A stretch of DNA of 64,000 nt from the NCBI GenBank assembly GCA_963422365.1, contig OY729426.1, positions 32,001 through 96,000 of the forward strand. The letters run 5' to 3'. Below, piece after piece: positions 61,578 to 64,000 of the stretch. The translations under genes were made by a program, and so were the position numbers. The stretch comes from Nitrospirales bacterium (GTDB lineage: Bacteria; Nitrospirota; Nitrospiria; Nitrospirales; UBA8639). Numbering within the stretch: position 1 is the stretch's first letter; each line of letters starts with the position of its first letter. Under the pieces are notes generated by a model. That model searched no databases. It saw nothing but the letters and a program-made list of their open reading frames with translations, and was not told the DNA's origin.

Positions 61578-62249
61578 CTAAGACGGAGACTGAGTGGTCT
61601 TGCTTCGCAATTTTTCAAGAAGACCTTCAACTGATTCAGCCTTGATGATCCGTCCGAATTGGCTTCGAAAATTTTTGACCAAACTGACGCCGTCAATGAC
61701 CACATCATACACCCTCCAAGTATTCAAGCGTTTCAGCAAACGATAATAGAGGGAAATGGCTACTTTTTTGGAGAGAACCGTCGTTTGAACCTCTGCAAAA
61801 TCTCCCTTTTTCCGTTCTTTGAGGTATTCAACTTGCTCGCCGGAATAGCCATCAACATTTCCAGCATATGTCTTAGAGAGAAATCGCTGAAACAGGCTCA
61901 CGAATTCTTCCCGTTCGGCTTCGTTTAATTTCTGCCAATGCCTTCCTAAGGTTCTTTTCCCTATTTCTTTATAGTCAAAACGCTTTTCGATGATTTTTTC
62001 CAAGGCATTCAACCGTTCCTGGGCTCGTTCCGGTGCTTTAAGCGATTCATCCCCCAGGACCTTCAAGACCTCCTCAATGGTCTCTTTCATCGCCTCCGTA
62101 GGGGATCCTGTCTCCGCTAACAGGGGCGAAGACAATCCAAAAGTCAGCAACCCAAGAATCAATGCGTCAATCAGGATTTGGATTGGTGTTGTAACCGTTC
62201 TCATGATTCTTGGGGGTATCTGTGGCATAACCATTTCCTTTCTTGCCAA
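61578..62249 (-). CDS. hpnM: MlaC/Ttg2D-family lipid-binding protein (HpnM-like by context)
   Basis: Signal peptide, 'TLGRHW', 'WRVYDVVIDGVSLVKNFRSQF'; inside the hopanoid cluster. Confidence 0.8.
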   Translation of the reverse strand: MARKEMVMPQIPPRIMRTVTTPIQILIDALILGLLTFGLSSPLLAETGSPTEAMKETIEEVLKVLGDESLKAPERAQERLNALEKIIEKRFDYKEIGKRTLGRHWQKLNEAEREEFVSLFQRFLSKTYAGNVDGYSGEQVEYLKERKKGDFAEVQTTVLSKKVAISLYYRLLKRLNTWRVYDVVIDGVSLVKNFRSQFGRIIKAESVEGLLEKLRSKTTQSPS

Positions 62250-62316
62250 CGCATCAGGCTACAGGTGACACCGTCTTTTCTTCACCTTTACACAAATAAA
62301 GGAACTGATCAATGGG

Positions 62317-63078
62317 TCAAGCGCTCTTTCTTGCCATCGAGAAGAAGGTTTTAAAAAATCGAGTCAGTTGGGCCGAAGCCACATTTTTTTGCCGACGCAG
62401 TCGATTCAACGCCAGCCATATCCCGGGGGTTTTAGCAACAGCCCACACCCCTTGTAAAAACGTGCTGGGTTGGCAAAAAAGATTAAGGTCAAGGGGCAAA
62501 TCTTCCTCCACACCATCTGAAACCGATCGGACCACCAAGAATGGGATGCCCAGTTGGGCAGCCGACATCCCGATCGCCGCACTTTCCATGTCCAGACTAC
62601 TCGCTTCATTGGCCCTGCCAATGGCCCGCTTGTCTTGGGCCAACCACACAATATTCCTGACCGTGACCAACCGTCCGGATAAAACCGTGTTCTCTGATAA
62701 TTCTGCCGTGTTTTGAGCTTTTTGTCTATAGAAGGCGCTACAGAAAATCAAGGTGTTGAGAAAAGAACCCGTGCTGTTCGAATCCCGACAGACCACCTGC
62801 TCAGGAATGACCAAATCACCAATTTGTGAGGGAACCAGTGCCCCGGCAAACCCTGACGCAATCAACACAGTCCAAGGTCTTTTGTCCAAAACCGCCCGGC
62901 ATGCGACCTGAGCTTTAGCCAGCCCGACCCCGGTTTGGATGACAGCAACAAAACAAGAAGCATTCGCCCATCGACGCCATTTGACCCCGTCTACCAGTTC
63001 GACACGGCTCGCAGGCAACGCGTGCCCAATGGCCTTAAACTCCCAAGGGGTCGCAGCAAAGACGGCGATATTCTCCAG
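62317..63078 (-). CDS. hpnG: Nucleoside phosphorylase family protein (adenosylhopane nucleosidase HpnG-like); probable CTG start
   Basis: IAVFAATPWE, TGVG, SGFAGAL, LDMESAA, VVRSVSD; directly after shc. Confidence 0.8.
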   Translation of the reverse strand: MENIAVFAATPWEFKAIGHALPASRVELVDGVKWRRWANASCFVAVIQTGVGLAKAQVACRAVLDKRPWTVLIASGFAGALVPSQIGDLVIPEQVVCRDSNSTGSFLNTLIFCSAFYRQKAQNTAELSENTVLSGRLVTVRNIVWLAQDKRAIGRANEASSLDMESAAIGMSAAQLGIPFLVVRSVSDGVEEDLPLDLNLFCQPSTFLQGVWAVAKTPGIWLALNRLRRQKNVASAQLTRFFKTFFSMARKSA

Positions 63079-63132
63079 GAAGCACTCCGGAAACTGTTGA
63101 AGTAAGAAAGGGCGACGGCCAATCGCCGGAGG

Positions 63133-64000
63133 CTATTGCCGTTGCCTAGCTAATTGCGCGACTTGTCGCAATTCTTCAGCCTTTGTCTGCCCGTGCATCC
63201 GAATGTTGCGATACATGGCCAGGGCCCACATCGGGAAGTATTTACTATAGCCATGATATCGAAGATAGAAGACTCGAGGAAATCCGGTGCCGGTATGGAA
63301 TGGTTCGAACCACGTCCCATTATCCAGTTGCTGGCGGAGTAAAAAATTCATGCCTCGCACAACACTCAAGGAATCAGAGAGGCCTGCGGTCAATAAGGCC
63401 ATGAGAGCCCACGCCGTTTGTGAGGGGGTACTTTCTTCACCCTCTCCAGCCCATGCCTGATCGGCATACGACAAGCAAGATTCTCCCCATCCGCCATCCA
63501 CGTTTTGTTTGGATTCAAGCCACGCGACAGCGCGTTGAATCCATGGAGCGGACATGTCCTCTCCAATGGCCTGAAGGCCAGCCATGACACACCATGTCCC
63601 ATAGAGGTAATTGACTCCCCATCGCCCGTACCAACTACCATCAGCTTCTTGCTCTCGTCGAAGAAATTCAAGAGCCGGGGGCACGGCAGGGTGGGATCGG
63701 TCATATCCGAGGGTGCCCAGCATTTCCAGACACCGCCCCGTCAAGTCCGCCGTAGGAGGATCGAGCAAAGATTGATGATCTGCAAAGGGAATTTTGTTCA
63801 AAATCAGTTGATCATTATCTCGATCATAGGCTCCCCACCCTCCCGTCGAGCTTTGCATGTCCAACGTCCATTGCAGACCTCGCCGAATGGCCTCATCTTG
63901 GTCAGCGGGATGAAGAGATGAGAGTTTCGTTAAGGCGGTCACGACGGCGGCCGTATCATCGACATCGGGATACCACTCATTTTCAAATTGAAAATACCAT
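63133..64000 (-). CDS. shc: Squalene--hopene cyclase, C-terminal part (start beyond the right edge)
   Basis: FENEWYPDVDDTA, QW repeats (QEADGSWYGRWG, QNVDGGWGE), GTGFPRVFYLRY. Confidence 0.96.
   Translation of the reverse strand, partial: WYFQFENEWYPDVDDTAAVVTALTKLSSLHPADQDEAIRRGLQWTLDMQSSTGGWGAYDRDNDQLILNKIPFADHQSLLDPPTADLTGRCLEMLGTLGYDRSHPAVPPALEFLRREQEADGSWYGRWGVNYLYGTWCVMAGLQAIGEDMSAPWIQRAVAWLESKQNVDGGWGESCLSYADQAWAGEGEESTPSQTAWALMALLTAGLSDSLSVVRGMNFLLRQQLDNGTWFEPFHTGTGFPRVFYLRYHGYSKYFPMWALAMYRNIRMHGQTKAEELRQVAQLARQRQ

Overview
Bacterial chromosomal window that looks like a Nitrospirota (Nitrospirales-type) genome, inferred from a respiratory cluster that combines cytochrome bd-like, Rieske/cytochrome b and NxrC-like genes. 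Left 15.7 kb: a visibly GC-rich, minus-strand two-partner secretion (TPS) locus. It has a TpsB/FhaC-type transporter followed by a giant filamentous-haemagglutinin-type TpsA (about 4,600 codons inside the window, running off the left edge) built from about 38 tandem ~100-aa repeats. As sequenced, both genes are out of frame: tpsB at a 20-nt poly-C tract right after its signal peptide (candidate slipped-strand ON/OFF switch), and tpsA at a 2-nt anomaly inside a block of near-identical repeats. The rest is mostly core genome: glmS/glmU, tmk/holB/metG, kdsD, comM, ltaE/tsaC/purD/purH, treZ-glgC-treY, tRNA-Thr, ubiA, an 11-gene respiratory operon with two CydA-like proteins and no CydB, and a hopanoid/MEP cluster (shc, hpnG, hpnM, dxs, ispG, tRNA-Cys, hpnH). 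Reading the intergenic DNA also shows a dispersed hairpin-repeat family (4-5 copies with a compensatory base change), an attenuator-like stem in the long leader of the respiratory operon, a cysC remnant, and a probable CTG start for hpnG. All calls are by-eye motif recognition; no searches were run.
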